Origin: Planctomycetaceae bacterium
GTDB taxonomy: Bacteria > Planctomycetota > Planctomycetia > Pirellulales > Pirellulaceae
Length of the DNA: 32,114 bases
Assembly: GCA_007124535.1 (NCBI GenBank)
Contig: SLEY01000453.1
Span: 1 to 32,114 of the forward strand
Direction: 5' to 3'
Below are positions 8,446-16,642 of this stretch, piece after piece (within the stretch, counting starts at the first letter, position 1; each line of letters begins with the position of its first letter). The notes below the pieces were generated by a model, which saw only the letters and a list, made by a program, of their open reading frames with translations, ran no database searches and was not told the DNA's origin. Both the position numbers and the translations under genes were made by a program.

Positions 8446-9120
8446 TCAGTTCGGCTGGCCGACCGTACTGACCAGGGTCCCGTTTTCCATTTCCATGACG
8501 TGTTTTGCGTAGGCGGCTGCGTCGGCATGATGGGTGACCATCAGCACGGTGCCGCCGCTGTTGGCGAATTCCGCCAGGTAGGTCAGCACGATTTGGGCGT
8601 TTTCCGGGTCCAGGTTACCGGTCGGTTCATCGGCCAGCAGCAGTTGGGGCTCGTGGAACAGGGCGCGGGCCAGGGCGACGCGTTGGCGTTCGCCGGTGCT
8701 GAGCGCCGAGGGGACGTGGGTAAGGCGATCCTGCAAGTGGAACCGTTCGGTCAGGGCGCGTGCCCGTCCCGGGGGATCGGGGTGGGATTTTGCCAAGGAG
8801 GGGGCCAGGATGTTTTCCAGCACCGACAGGTAGGGCACCAGGTAGAATTCCTGGAAGACGAACCCGATATGTTCTGCCCGGAACCGGCTGCGGGCTTCGG
8901 GGGCTAGTTCGTAAGGGTCTTGCCCATCGATCCGCAGTTGTCCGGAGGTCGGTCGTTGGAGGCCGCCCAAGATCATCATCAACGTGGTCTTGCCACACCC
9001 GCTGGGCCCGCGGACGGCGAGGAATTCGCCCGGTTCCGCGGAAAACGACACGTCGCGGAGGGCGGTGACGCGTCCTGTGGGCGAAGCGAATTCCCTGGTC
9101 AAGCCGGTGGCTTCCAACAT
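8446..9120 (-). CDS. ABC transporter ATP-binding protein (LolD/MacB-type ATPase)
   Basis: Walker A GPSGCGKTT, Q-loop, signature LSTGERQRVALARAL, Walker B LLLADEPTGNLD and H-loop VTHH. Its ATG at 9120 directly abuts the TAG stop of the upstream permease (9121-9123). Confidence 0.92.
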   Translation of the reverse strand: MLEATGLTREFASPTGRVTALRDVSFSAEPGEFLAVRGPSGCGKTTLMMILGGLQRPTSGQLRIDGQDPYELAPEARSRFRAEHIGFVFQEFYLVPYLSVLENILAPSLAKSHPDPPGRARALTERFHLQDRLTHVPSALSTGERQRVALARALFHEPQLLLADEPTGNLDPENAQIVLTYLAEFANSGGTVLMVTHHADAAAYAKHVMEMENGTLVSTVGQPN

Positions 9121-10428
9121 CTACTTGGCTCCTTCTCGTAAAATCACTGCCGGGTCGGTCCGCGCGGCCAGCACGGCGGGGATCCAGGTTCCCAGCACGG
9201 ACACGGTCAAAGCGGCGGCCAGGGCCAAGATCAACCAACTGGGACGCAACACATCCCCCAGCCCCAAGCTCAATCCGATGCCGGCCTCCGCCGCTTGGCC
9301 CCAATAGAGGCCAGCGAATGCGCCCACCACGTAACCGAGCATCCCGCCGCACAATCCGATCAGAACCGCCTTGGACACGAACATGCCCAGCACGCGTCCC
9401 GAACCGACGCCGATCGCGCGCAGGATCCCATATTCTCCTCGTCGGATCCGCAGGTCGCGAAAGGAGGACAGCGACAGCCAGACGAGGGCGGTCAAAATCA
9501 GCGTCGGGCTGAGCACCCCCGCCAAGGCTTCCCGCCGGGCGTGCAACTCGTTCCGCTGGCGGCGATGGTCCTCCAGCGCCGCCTCGGCCTCCTCGCCCAC
9601 TCGAGCCCGAGTCTCAAACCGGGCCAAGACCCGCGAACCCATCTCGACCACCTGCGTGTCCTCCAGCACCCGCTGGATCTCCGTCCGCACATTGTCCAAA
9701 CCCACACCCGGACAGGACATGCATTGCAACGCCAGGATGGCATTGATCTCGCCCGGCTTCTCCAGCAACTCCTGGGCTTCATGCAAGGGGATCCAGGCGG
9801 AAACGTCGTCCTTGCTGCCCCGCTCCGGGTGGCAGCGATGCACCGTGAACTCGCGCCCCAACAACTGGAGTGTGTCACCCTCGGCCACCCCGATCGACTG
9901 ATGCAGGTGGTATCCCAACACCACCGTTCCCTCGGGCACCACCCGCCCCAGTTCCATCGTCTTCTTGGGATCCTGGTGCAGGTGCGGCACATATCCGCGC
10001 GTGCCGATCAACACGATCGAGCGCCCGTTCTGCTCCGGCCACTCGACCCGCTGCTGCAGCGTGGGCAGCAGATGCTGGACCGTCATCAATCGGGAGGCGG
10101 CCAGGCGGTCCACATAGTCTTCGGGCATCGTCTGGCTGGCATAATCCTCGGTGTACCAGTCGCGCAGATCCTGTTCGGCCGGCAAGATCAGCACGTTGAA
10201 GCTCAACTGCAGCATCGCTTTGCGCATTTCATCGCGGAGCTGGTCCAGCATGGCATCCACCTCTTCCTGGTGTGCAGCCAGCACCGCTTCGTTTTGCCGC
10301 TGATGCAGGTCCAGGGCGGTCAGCGATCCGACCAGGGCGGCCACGGCGACCGCCACCGCGAGCAGGGCCAGGAAGGAAGCGGAGCGTCGAAACGTGATTT
10401 CCTTCCAGGTCATTCGCCAGATATTCAT
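9121..10428 (-). CDS. FtsX/MacB-type ABC permease (paralog 2): N-terminal TM, large periplasmic domain, C-terminal 3-TM FtsX domain
   Basis: ATG at 10428 with GGAG ~10 nt upstream. TM1 is SFLALLAVAVAVAALVGSL. The ~270-aa extracytoplasmic region is flanked by coiled-coil-like segments. The C-terminus shows the FtsX pattern RRGEYGILRAIGVGSGRVLGMF followed by two more TM helices. Confidence 0.85.
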   Translation of the reverse strand: MNIWRMTWKEITFRRSASFLALLAVAVAVAALVGSLTALDLHQRQNEAVLAAHQEEVDAMLDQLRDEMRKAMLQLSFNVLILPAEQDLRDWYTEDYASQTMPEDYVDRLAASRLMTVQHLLPTLQQRVEWPEQNGRSIVLIGTRGYVPHLHQDPKKTMELGRVVPEGTVVLGYHLHQSIGVAEGDTLQLLGREFTVHRCHPERGSKDDVSAWIPLHEAQELLEKPGEINAILALQCMSCPGVGLDNVRTEIQRVLEDTQVVEMGSRVLARFETRARVGEEAEAALEDHRRQRNELHARREALAGVLSPTLILTALVWLSLSSFRDLRIRRGEYGILRAIGVGSGRVLGMFVSKAVLIGLCGGMLGYVVGAFAGLYWGQAAEAGIGLSLGLGDVLRPSWLILALAAALTVSVLGTWIPAVLAARTDPAVILREGAK

Positions 10429-10451
10429 GGCACCGTCTCCCCAAAATCGAA

Positions 10452-10478
10452 GCGCGGGCTCGGCTTGCCAGCCCGCGC
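10452..10478 (-). promoter_or_regulatory. Intercistronic GC-rich stem-loop between the two permease genes
   Basis: Perfect 9-bp stem: GCGCGGGCT (10452-10460) pairs with AGCCCGCGC (10470-10478), with a 9-nt loop. It lies in the only sizeable gap (77 nt) of the operon. On the transcribed strand it is followed by UUCGAUUUUGG and then the GGAG RBS of the downstream permease. Confidence 0.5.
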
Positions 10479-10505
10479 AGTCCCCTTCGTCTCGGTCATA
10501 TCACG

Positions 10506-11810
10506 TTACCCGGATCGGAAGGCAGCCGCGGGGTCCTCGCGCGCGGCGGCCAGGGCGGCCGTGGCTGCGGCCAATCCGGACAGCAGGATCGCGACGCCCA
10601 GCACCGCCGGCAGCAAATCGGGCCGCACCGGCGCCGCCCCCGCGGGCAGGGGTGTGAGGAAGGCGGCGGCCAGCAAGCCGGCCGCGGTCCCCAAAATCCC
10701 CAAGCATACCCAGCGGCCCAAGAAAATGGCAACCAGCCGCTGGGCTCGCAGGCCACAGGCCCGCCAGACTCCGATCTCCACCCGCCGCTCGGCGACATTG
10801 TTCCAGGCCAGCCAGCCGATCCACAGCCCGCAGGAAAGCACCACCAACAGATTCACCAGTCCGGCCAGTTGGCGGCGGTAATGATTCAAATCGGCTTGGG
10901 CCGCACGCTCCTGTTCGATCCGCTGCCGTTCGGTCTGGTTCACATGGAGCGCCGCCAGCGACGCCGCGGCCGATTCCGTCGTGTGTTGGACGACTTCCGT
11001 TCCGGGAAGCACGCGCCGGACCTGCTGCCGCAGGCCGTCCGGGTCTTCCCAAGCCGCCCGCGTCCCCTGGGCCAGGATCTCGCTGACCCGACCCGGAATC
11101 TCCAATAACGCCTGGGCGTCCTTCAAGGTCATCCGCACCGAAATGTCGTCCCGGCTGCCCTCCTGAGGCAAACACTGCTGGACACGAAACGTCCGTCCCA
11201 TCAACTCGAACGCATCGCCTTCGGAATACTCCAGCACACGGTGGATCTCATGGCCCAGGACCACATGCCCCGGAGCCGGTGGCTGTACAAACCGCGTGGC
11301 TAAGGGCGCCGGTTCGTCGGCGCCCGCCACGTCGCCGATCGGCGGGGCCGAAACACCGCCACCCTCCGCCATCGGCAATTCGGCACGCCCCACCACGATC
11401 ACGGACCACTGCCTCTCCGGCCACGTCACCCGCCGCCGCAACTGACCCACCGGATTCCGCACATAAGGCAGTTCCGCCTCGCGCAATCGCTGGACATCCG
11501 CTTCCGCCCAAGTCGGCGGGGCATCGTCCTGAACGTACCAGTCCGCCGGGTCCTGACCCTCGGGCAACAGCGTCAAGTTGAATCCCAATCGGCCCAGCGA
11601 ATCCTCCACATCCGTCCGCAAATCCGTCAACCGTCGCTGCAATTGCTGCTCCTCCGCATCCAGCGCCCGAGCCGAATCCGTTTCGTAAGCTCCCAGCAGC
11701 AACGCGGTGCCGGCGATCGCGCCCACCGCCAGCATGACGGCCAATAAACCGGCCAACGAATTCCAGCGGTAGTGCAGCAACTCGCGCACCACCACGCGGT
11801 GCAAACGCAT
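10506..11810 (-). CDS. FtsX/MacB-type ABC permease (paralog 1)
   Basis: ATG at 11810, 2 nt after the TAG stop (11813-11815) of the upstream gene. Same architecture as 9121-10428: TM1 LAGLLAVMLAVGAIAGTALLL, a large periplasmic domain with flanking coiled-coil-like segments, and the FtsX pattern RRVEIGVWRACGLRAQRLVAIF plus two TM helices. Confidence 0.82.
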   Translation of the reverse strand: MRLHRVVVRELLHYRWNSLAGLLAVMLAVGAIAGTALLLGAYETDSARALDAEEQQLQRRLTDLRTDVEDSLGRLGFNLTLLPEGQDPADWYVQDDAPPTWAEADVQRLREAELPYVRNPVGQLRRRVTWPERQWSVIVVGRAELPMAEGGGVSAPPIGDVAGADEPAPLATRFVQPPAPGHVVLGHEIHRVLEYSEGDAFELMGRTFRVQQCLPQEGSRDDISVRMTLKDAQALLEIPGRVSEILAQGTRAAWEDPDGLRQQVRRVLPGTEVVQHTTESAAASLAALHVNQTERQRIEQERAAQADLNHYRRQLAGLVNLLVVLSCGLWIGWLAWNNVAERRVEIGVWRACGLRAQRLVAIFLGRWVCLGILGTAAGLLAAAFLTPLPAGAAPVRPDLLPAVLGVAILLSGLAAATAALAAAREDPAAAFRSG

Positions 11811-11812
11811 GC

Positions 11813-13078
11813 CTACTCCTTCTTCTTGCCCAATAAGACCAGCGTCGTGCCGCCGACCAGCAGCAACAGGCCGCCCAACATCACTCCGGTGATGAGCAAC
11901 AGCGAGGTTCCCCCGCCCGCCGATTCGACCGGCCGGTCGGCCGCCGTCACCGGGGCCGCTCGAGCCACCGCCCCGTCCGCCGCCGTTTGCTCGGCATCCT
12001 CCGTTTCCAACGCTTCCTCCCCGGATTGCCCGGCTTCCCCGCTCGCCGCCAAACTCTCCTCCTGGTCCTCGTCCAGCACGGGCATCACCGACGTCAGCAT
12101 CTCCACCGACACTTCAGGAGGCGGCGGAACCCGGCCTTCCAACGCGCCGTACCAGTCGAATTCCATCATCAAATCCGTCCCGGGATTCAAATGCTTGATC
12201 TGGCAGGAACAGGGCCCCGTCAAAAATACGCAGGACTCGATGATGTTGCGGCTGTTGATGCCCTCGCCCACCAAGGCCCACAAAGCCCGCCCTTGACCGA
12301 ACACCGGAAAGACCATCGGCTGGTCGGCGTACTCGTGCAAGTCCGGCTCGGTTCCCAGCAACAGATCGATGAACCGGGCTTCGGCCAAGTTGTCACGCGC
12401 AAGGGAAATGATCGAAAAACCGACCTTGAGCGGAATGAACTCGTCATGCACATCGTGCGGCCCCAATAGCTCCGGACCGGGCCCCATCTCGTCCTCCGGG
12501 GCGTAGTCCAGTTCCTCCAGTCCCGGAATCTGCAATTCCCGCTCGGCCTCTTCCAAATGGCTCTCCAAACGCTCGCGAGCCGCCTGATCCTTCTCCGCAT
12601 CGCCACTCTCGATCAGCACCCATACGGCCGACTCACCGGTCAACAACCGGCGAATCACCTCCTGCCGGGCATTCGAATGTGCCAGTCCCTCCAGCACCTC
12701 GGCGTCCAGTTCGCCCGACCACGCGATCGGCGGCGGCGGACCCGGTAGCGGCGGATACCGCAGTACGGCCCACGGCAACTGGTCGTGATCCAGTTCAACT
12801 CCCTGGATCCGCCAATCGTCTTCCTCAATCTGAGCCACGTCCAACAGCTCGACTTCCACATTGATCGGCCGACCTTCCAGCGAGGCAAGGATCGATTGAA
12901 CCGATTCCTGTTCGTCTTCGCCGTGGAAGACCGCCAAATGGTAGGGATCGCTGGGCCAGCGTTCCAATGCGTAACGAAAGACGGGCACATTACAGGCCCA
13001 GGCGGCAGCCGACATCAGGCACCAGACGGCGGCGAAAACAACGATTCGCGTTCCCAGGCGGGGGGAGTATCGCGGCAT
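11813..13078 (-). CDS. Uncharacterised type-I membrane protein: signal peptide, ~300-aa periplasmic domain with Cys motifs, acidic linker, C-terminal TM anchor
   Basis: ATG at 13078 with AAGGAA/GAGG upstream. Signal peptide VVFAAVWCLMSAAAWA, then CNVPVFRYALERW. Internal motif PMVFPVFGQGRAL...CVFLTGPCSCQIKHLNPGTD. An Asp/Glu/Ala-rich linker is followed by the TM helix LLLITGVMLGGLLLLVGGTTLVLL and a GKKKE tail. I cannot name a family. Coding is supported by high GC3 and tight operon packing. Confidence 0.7.
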   Translation of the reverse strand: MPRYSPRLGTRIVVFAAVWCLMSAAAWACNVPVFRYALERWPSDPYHLAVFHGEDEQESVQSILASLEGRPINVEVELLDVAQIEEDDWRIQGVELDHDQLPWAVLRYPPLPGPPPPIAWSGELDAEVLEGLAHSNARQEVIRRLLTGESAVWVLIESGDAEKDQAARERLESHLEEAERELQIPGLEELDYAPEDEMGPGPELLGPHDVHDEFIPLKVGFSIISLARDNLAEARFIDLLLGTEPDLHEYADQPMVFPVFGQGRALWALVGEGINSRNIIESCVFLTGPCSCQIKHLNPGTDLMMEFDWYGALEGRVPPPPEVSVEMLTSVMPVLDEDQEESLAASGEAGQSGEEALETEDAEQTAADGAVARAAPVTAADRPVESAGGGTSLLLITGVMLGGLLLLVGGTTLVLLGKKKE

Positions 13079-13351
13079 GGCCTCGTTCCTTCAACTTGCA
13101 GGTTCGATCTGAAAAACAGGGGCCTGATTATTCAGTTCCCCCCGGCAATGGCCGATCAACCCGTCTTGAGCGGGGCGGGGAGGCACCAGCGGCGCTCGCC
13201 ACGATCAGCGATTCTAATGACTTGGTATCAGGGTGTGGGGGATTCGTCAAGTCGCGGGGCGGCACGATTTTCTGGACGGGGGTCGCAAGAAAACACCATG
13301 GTCGGTACGCGGCAGGAGCCGCATTGGTTCAAATCGACGTGGTTACGTCTC

Positions 13352-13554
13352 GGCTCGGCGCGGGTCTCTGACCCCGCCACCGCTCGGCGCGGGTCTCTGA
13401 CCCCGCCGAAACCGGAGACCTTCGGTCGGTCGGGTGGCTCGGTCAGAGACCGGCCACAGCGCTGGCCGGGTGGCTCGGTCAGAGACCGGCCACCGCGCTG
13501 GTCGGGTGGCTCGGTCAGAGACCGGCCACCGCGGGGAGACCGGCCACAGCGCTG
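13352..13554. repeat. Composite tandem and inverted repeat array (two 29-bp units, a spacer, then three and a half 36-bp units)
   Basis: Unit A, GCTCGGCGCGGGTCTCTGACCCCGCC, occurs at 13352 and 13381. Unit B, CGGGTGGCTCGGTCAGAGACCGGCCAC(A/C)GCGCTGG(C/T), occurs at 13431, 13467 and 13503, with a partial copy running to 13554. The cores GGTCTCTGACC (A) and GGTCAGAGACC (B) are reverse complements, so the A and B blocks can pair. Confidence 0.9.
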
Positions 13555-13585
13555 CGAAACAGACGGCCTCGGCCGAAAACACCCC

Positions 13586-15946
13586 TCAGTCGTCCGACGC
13601 TTCGTCTTCGAGTACCGGGCCGTAAACTTCGATCTGCCACAGACGGGTTCGATCGTTGGGCGTGGCGGTGACCACCAGTCGCAAGCGATCCGTCGTCACG
13701 GCGGGGAACCGGGCATTCCAGTCGATCGACGTATTGTCGGCGGTGCGGGTCTCCCCGATATCGTGGTATTCATCACCATCGTGGTACTGGAACACAAAGT
13801 CGCGGGCGGGATCCTGGGTCCCCTGAGCGGTACCGTACCCCGTCACGATCCGCACGCCACCCAACTCCTGCGCCGTTTCCCATGCCAGTTCCACGGTGTG
13901 TGGCAACTCCGTGTCACTCACCCAACGCAGGCGGTTGTCATGATAGCTGATCCGGCCATCCGTGATGTTGCTGGCCGGATACCGTTCCGGATCGTAGCAT
14001 CCGGAAACGGTCAACGTGTCTGCGGTCCGTGCCAGATTCGGCCCCGCGTCCTCGACCCATTCGGGAGCTTCCGGCGGTCGGGCCGAAGCGGGCAGCGGCA
14101 GCCTGCCGACCCCCTCCGTCATCAATTCCTTCAACTCATCCAGATGGTCGGTGTACACTTGGCGAGGATCCACATCGTGCCGTTTGCACACGGAAGCCGC
14201 CATGCCGACCACTTCGCCTACCATGCCCAGGGTTCGCATCACGCGGACGGTGCCCAGGGCCACGTGCGTCACGCTGATATTTCGCCCCGCCATGAACAGG
14301 TTGTCCACATTTCGCGAGTAGAAGCAGCGATAAGGGACGGGATACGGTTGGATCCGCAGGTGATCGGCGCGGGCCCGAAACTCCTTGCCCGGAAAATGTC
14401 GCGTTTGGAAGTCGGTCGGGTAATGCAGATCGATCGTCCACGTGGTGGTGACCGCCGCGTCGGGGAACGGCCGTTGCTCGACGATGTCCTGCTGCTGAAG
14501 GATCACGTCCCCCAGCAACCGCCGCGATTCCCGTTTGCCGCCAATATAAGCGACCCACTCCAACTCGCGGTTCGCATAGGCTTCCTTGTCGGGCGCGTGG
14601 TTCTTCTGGAACGACCAGTTGCCGAACACGGCTCGCAGCCCGTGGTCGCGGATCTTCTCGAATTCCTCGATCTGATCCAGCAGGAACCCGGTTTCCCAAT
14701 TCCATTCGCCATCCGTGGCCTTTTGATACGTTTCCGCCGTGAACTGGATCGCCCAGGGGGTTTCGGGGAACTCCGTGGGATGCTCGGTCACGGTCGAATA
14801 CCACTGTACGGAAGTGCCCATGGTTTGGCGATCGGGTTCTTCCGGGGCGAGTTCCTCCCCCGTTTGTTCGCGACTCTCGCGGCCGTAACGGTAATCGGCG
14901 CCGGCCAGGTAGCCCAGATTCCCGTCGCCCGTACAGTCGGCGAACCAGCGGCCGGGGAAGCGGGTGCGGCGGCCGGTACGCACGCACTGGCCCACCACCG
15001 CGGAAATTCGGCTGCCGTCCATCTCCACGTCGTTGACCCGGGTGTTCAGGAACAGGTCCAACGTCGGTTCGTCGCGTACCAGGTCCAACTTCCGCTCGTC
15101 CTGGTATCGCTCCGGCGGTCCGGCGTTGCCCACCGCACGCGGCCCGACCTCGTTGACCAAACCGCCCAGCGCCGGGTAGGGCGGCAAGTGGATCCTGCCG
15201 TGCAGATGCACGCGGATCTCCGAACTGTTGTTCCCGCCCAGCACCGGCCGATCCTGGATCAACGCCACGGTCAACCCGAGTCGAGCGGCCGAAATGGCGG
15301 CGCACATGCCGGCCACGCCCCCACCGACCACCACCAAGTCGTAATCCTGCTCCGCATCCTCCGGCACTTCCGGAAAGTCCAGCAGTTGGCGGCGGAACCG
15401 GGCCATCGCCTCACCCTCGTTCGGCGGCGACAACTCCATGTCCGTGGTGAACAGGATCGCGTCGCACCGCCCGTTGAAGCCGGTCAGATCGCGCAGGGCA
15501 ATCGTCGTCTGCCGATCCGATTCACTGATTTCAAGGGTCCCCCCTTCCTGCCAGTGCCATTCCAGTCCCTCCGTGCCAAATTCGACCGGCAGGGCCTGCC
15601 CGTCCACCAGCACCTGGAATCGGCCCGGCGATTCGGTGGCGTTCCAGGGAGCAGCCCAATCCCGCGTTCGGACCAGCACCCGGTACGTGCCCGCCGCCGG
15701 AAAAGTGACGCGAGTCGTCGCGTCCTCCACGGGACGTCCCAGCCCGTGGGCCATCAGGAATGGAGAACCCATCTGGTCCATTACCTGGGTATCCACCACC
15801 CAGCCCCCTAAATCGTCGAAGCTCTCCGCCTCGACCAACACGGTCTGCGATTCCGCCTCGCCAAACGCCGTCGTGCATGCCAGCAACCCCAGAATTGTGC
15901 CAGCCAGAATTACTCCGTTGGCGCCACCCCTCGGCAAAAAGAACAT
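13586..15946 (-). CDS. Secreted three-domain FAD-dependent oxidoreductase (N-terminal beta-sandwich/CBM-like domain, FAD_oxidored-type core, C-terminal F5/8 type C discoidin-like domain)
   Basis: ATG at 15946 with AGGAG (complement of 15953-15957). The track ORF extends to 16330, but that extension is low-complexity Arg/Pro/Gly. Signal peptide MFFLPRGGANGVILAGTILGLLACTTAFG. FAD motif DLVVVGGGVAGMCAAISAARLG...GGN. C-terminal discoidin-like segment DGRISYHDNRLRWVSD...RLWQIEVYG. Confidence 0.82.
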   Translation of the reverse strand: MFFLPRGGANGVILAGTILGLLACTTAFGEAESQTVLVEAESFDDLGGWVVDTQVMDQMGSPFLMAHGLGRPVEDATTRVTFPAAGTYRVLVRTRDWAAPWNATESPGRFQVLVDGQALPVEFGTEGLEWHWQEGGTLEISESDRQTTIALRDLTGFNGRCDAILFTTDMELSPPNEGEAMARFRRQLLDFPEVPEDAEQDYDLVVVGGGVAGMCAAISAARLGLTVALIQDRPVLGGNNSSEIRVHLHGRIHLPPYPALGGLVNEVGPRAVGNAGPPERYQDERKLDLVRDEPTLDLFLNTRVNDVEMDGSRISAVVGQCVRTGRRTRFPGRWFADCTGDGNLGYLAGADYRYGRESREQTGEELAPEEPDRQTMGTSVQWYSTVTEHPTEFPETPWAIQFTAETYQKATDGEWNWETGFLLDQIEEFEKIRDHGLRAVFGNWSFQKNHAPDKEAYANRELEWVAYIGGKRESRRLLGDVILQQQDIVEQRPFPDAAVTTTWTIDLHYPTDFQTRHFPGKEFRARADHLRIQPYPVPYRCFYSRNVDNLFMAGRNISVTHVALGTVRVMRTLGMVGEVVGMAASVCKRHDVDPRQVYTDHLDELKELMTEGVGRLPLPASARPPEAPEWVEDAGPNLARTADTLTVSGCYDPERYPASNITDGRISYHDNRLRWVSDTELPHTVELAWETAQELGGVRIVTGYGTAQGTQDPARDFVFQYHDGDEYHDIGETRTADNTSIDWNARFPAVTTDRLRLVVTATPNDRTRLWQIEVYGPVLEDEASDD

Positions 15947-16328
15947 GGTCGTAATCTCCTTAAAATTTGGATCATTGGTTGTTTCGTTTAGACTATCGCG
16001 CCCGACGGCTTGCCGCAATAAGGCAACCCGCCGGGCTTGCCCCGCCAGCCGCTCTCCGGTTTGTAAACCTGGCCATCGCCGGGAAGGATCTGCGCAACCG
16101 CCCACCGGCCAGGCTCGGGAACCGGGCGGGCGACGGGCGTTCTGCAGGTGGGTGCAAGTCGTTCTGTGGAAACGATTTACGTGATCGGGACCCCGATGGA
16201 AGGGCCGCTTCTGACCGCGATTGGCATCGGATTTGCAAATGCCAGGTTTAACGAATCGGCAGCGGGTTTCGCACAATAGGACCCCCCGTGCCGGAGCACA
16301 CTTCAACGAGCAAGGAAAGGAAGTACCC

Positions 16329-16523
16329 ATGCGATACGACGCGCGTCAAACGGTTTCATCTGCGAATCGCGAGAACCGCCGCCTGGCCCAAATCATCGAC
16401 GCGATGCTGGAGGTCGAGACGCAGTTGCAGGATACCACGGTGGAGCAATGGTCGCAGATCCTGCTGGATTCCTGCCGCCGGCGGAAGCGGGAGGCAGCGG
16501 TTACCGAAATGCCGGCTGCCTGA
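16329..16523 (+). CDS. Hypothetical small protein (64 aa)
   Basis: ATG at 16329 preceded by GGAAAGGAAG. Codons are mostly G/C-ending. Sequence MRYDARQTVSSANRENRRLAQIIDAMLEVETQLQDTTVEQWSQILLDSCRRRKREAAVTEMPAA looks helical. No family recognised. It lies 120 nt upstream of the Ala/Glu-rich lipoprotein on the same strand. Confidence 0.35.
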   Translation: MRYDARQTVSSANRENRRLAQIIDAMLEVETQLQDTTVEQWSQILLDSCRRRKREAAVTEMPAA

Positions 16524-16642
16524 CCACGCGGCGCCGGTAGCCGCTTTGTGGGGCACTGGTTGACGGTTGGCCGAGTAGCGGTTAGGGTCGATAGGCGGTA
16601 CCGGAAGGCAACACATTTGAACTGAGAAAGGAGTTTGGAGTT

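Noticed and set aside
9295-10881. 528-aa ORF antisense to both FtsX permease genes
   Set aside because: It spans the intercistronic gap of the opposite-strand operon and has an Arg/Pro/Gln/His-rich junk composition. The opposite frames carry clear FtsX and ABC features.
13100-13125. tRNA-like GGTTCGATC T-loop motif (also AGGTTCGACC near 26171)
   Set aside because: The flanking sequence cannot form a T-stem or an acceptor stem, and no anticodon arm or cloverleaf could be built.
13431-13554. Possible CRISPR array, given its 36-bp direct repeats
   Set aside because: The units abut head to tail with no spacers, there are only about 3.5 copies, and no cas genes are in the window. It is a tandem repeat, not a CRISPR array.
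13343-13625. ORFs 13343-13582 (-) and 13434-13625 (+) with 12-aa periodic repeats (WPVSDRATRPA... and GRVARSETGH...)
   Set aside because: They are simply translations of the 36-bp tandem DNA repeat in two orientations. They have no RBS and no non-repeat domain.
12785-15811. 1008-aa ORF on the + strand, the longest in the track
   Set aside because: It lies antisense to the well-supported FAD oxidoreductase and runs across the repeat array. The translation is Arg/Gly/Pro/His-rich with no recognisable motif. Long stop-free antisense frames are expected in high-GC genes.
15947-16330. N-terminal extensions of track ORFs. Examples: 13586-16330, 22135-23604, 23294-24229, 29762-31003, 1134-2318 and 2337-3959
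   Set aside because: In each case the extension is Arg/Pro/Gly-rich, overlaps a neighbouring gene or an intergenic region, and lies upstream of an internal start that has a Shine-Dalgarno motif and a sensible N-terminus (a signal peptide or the first domain motif).
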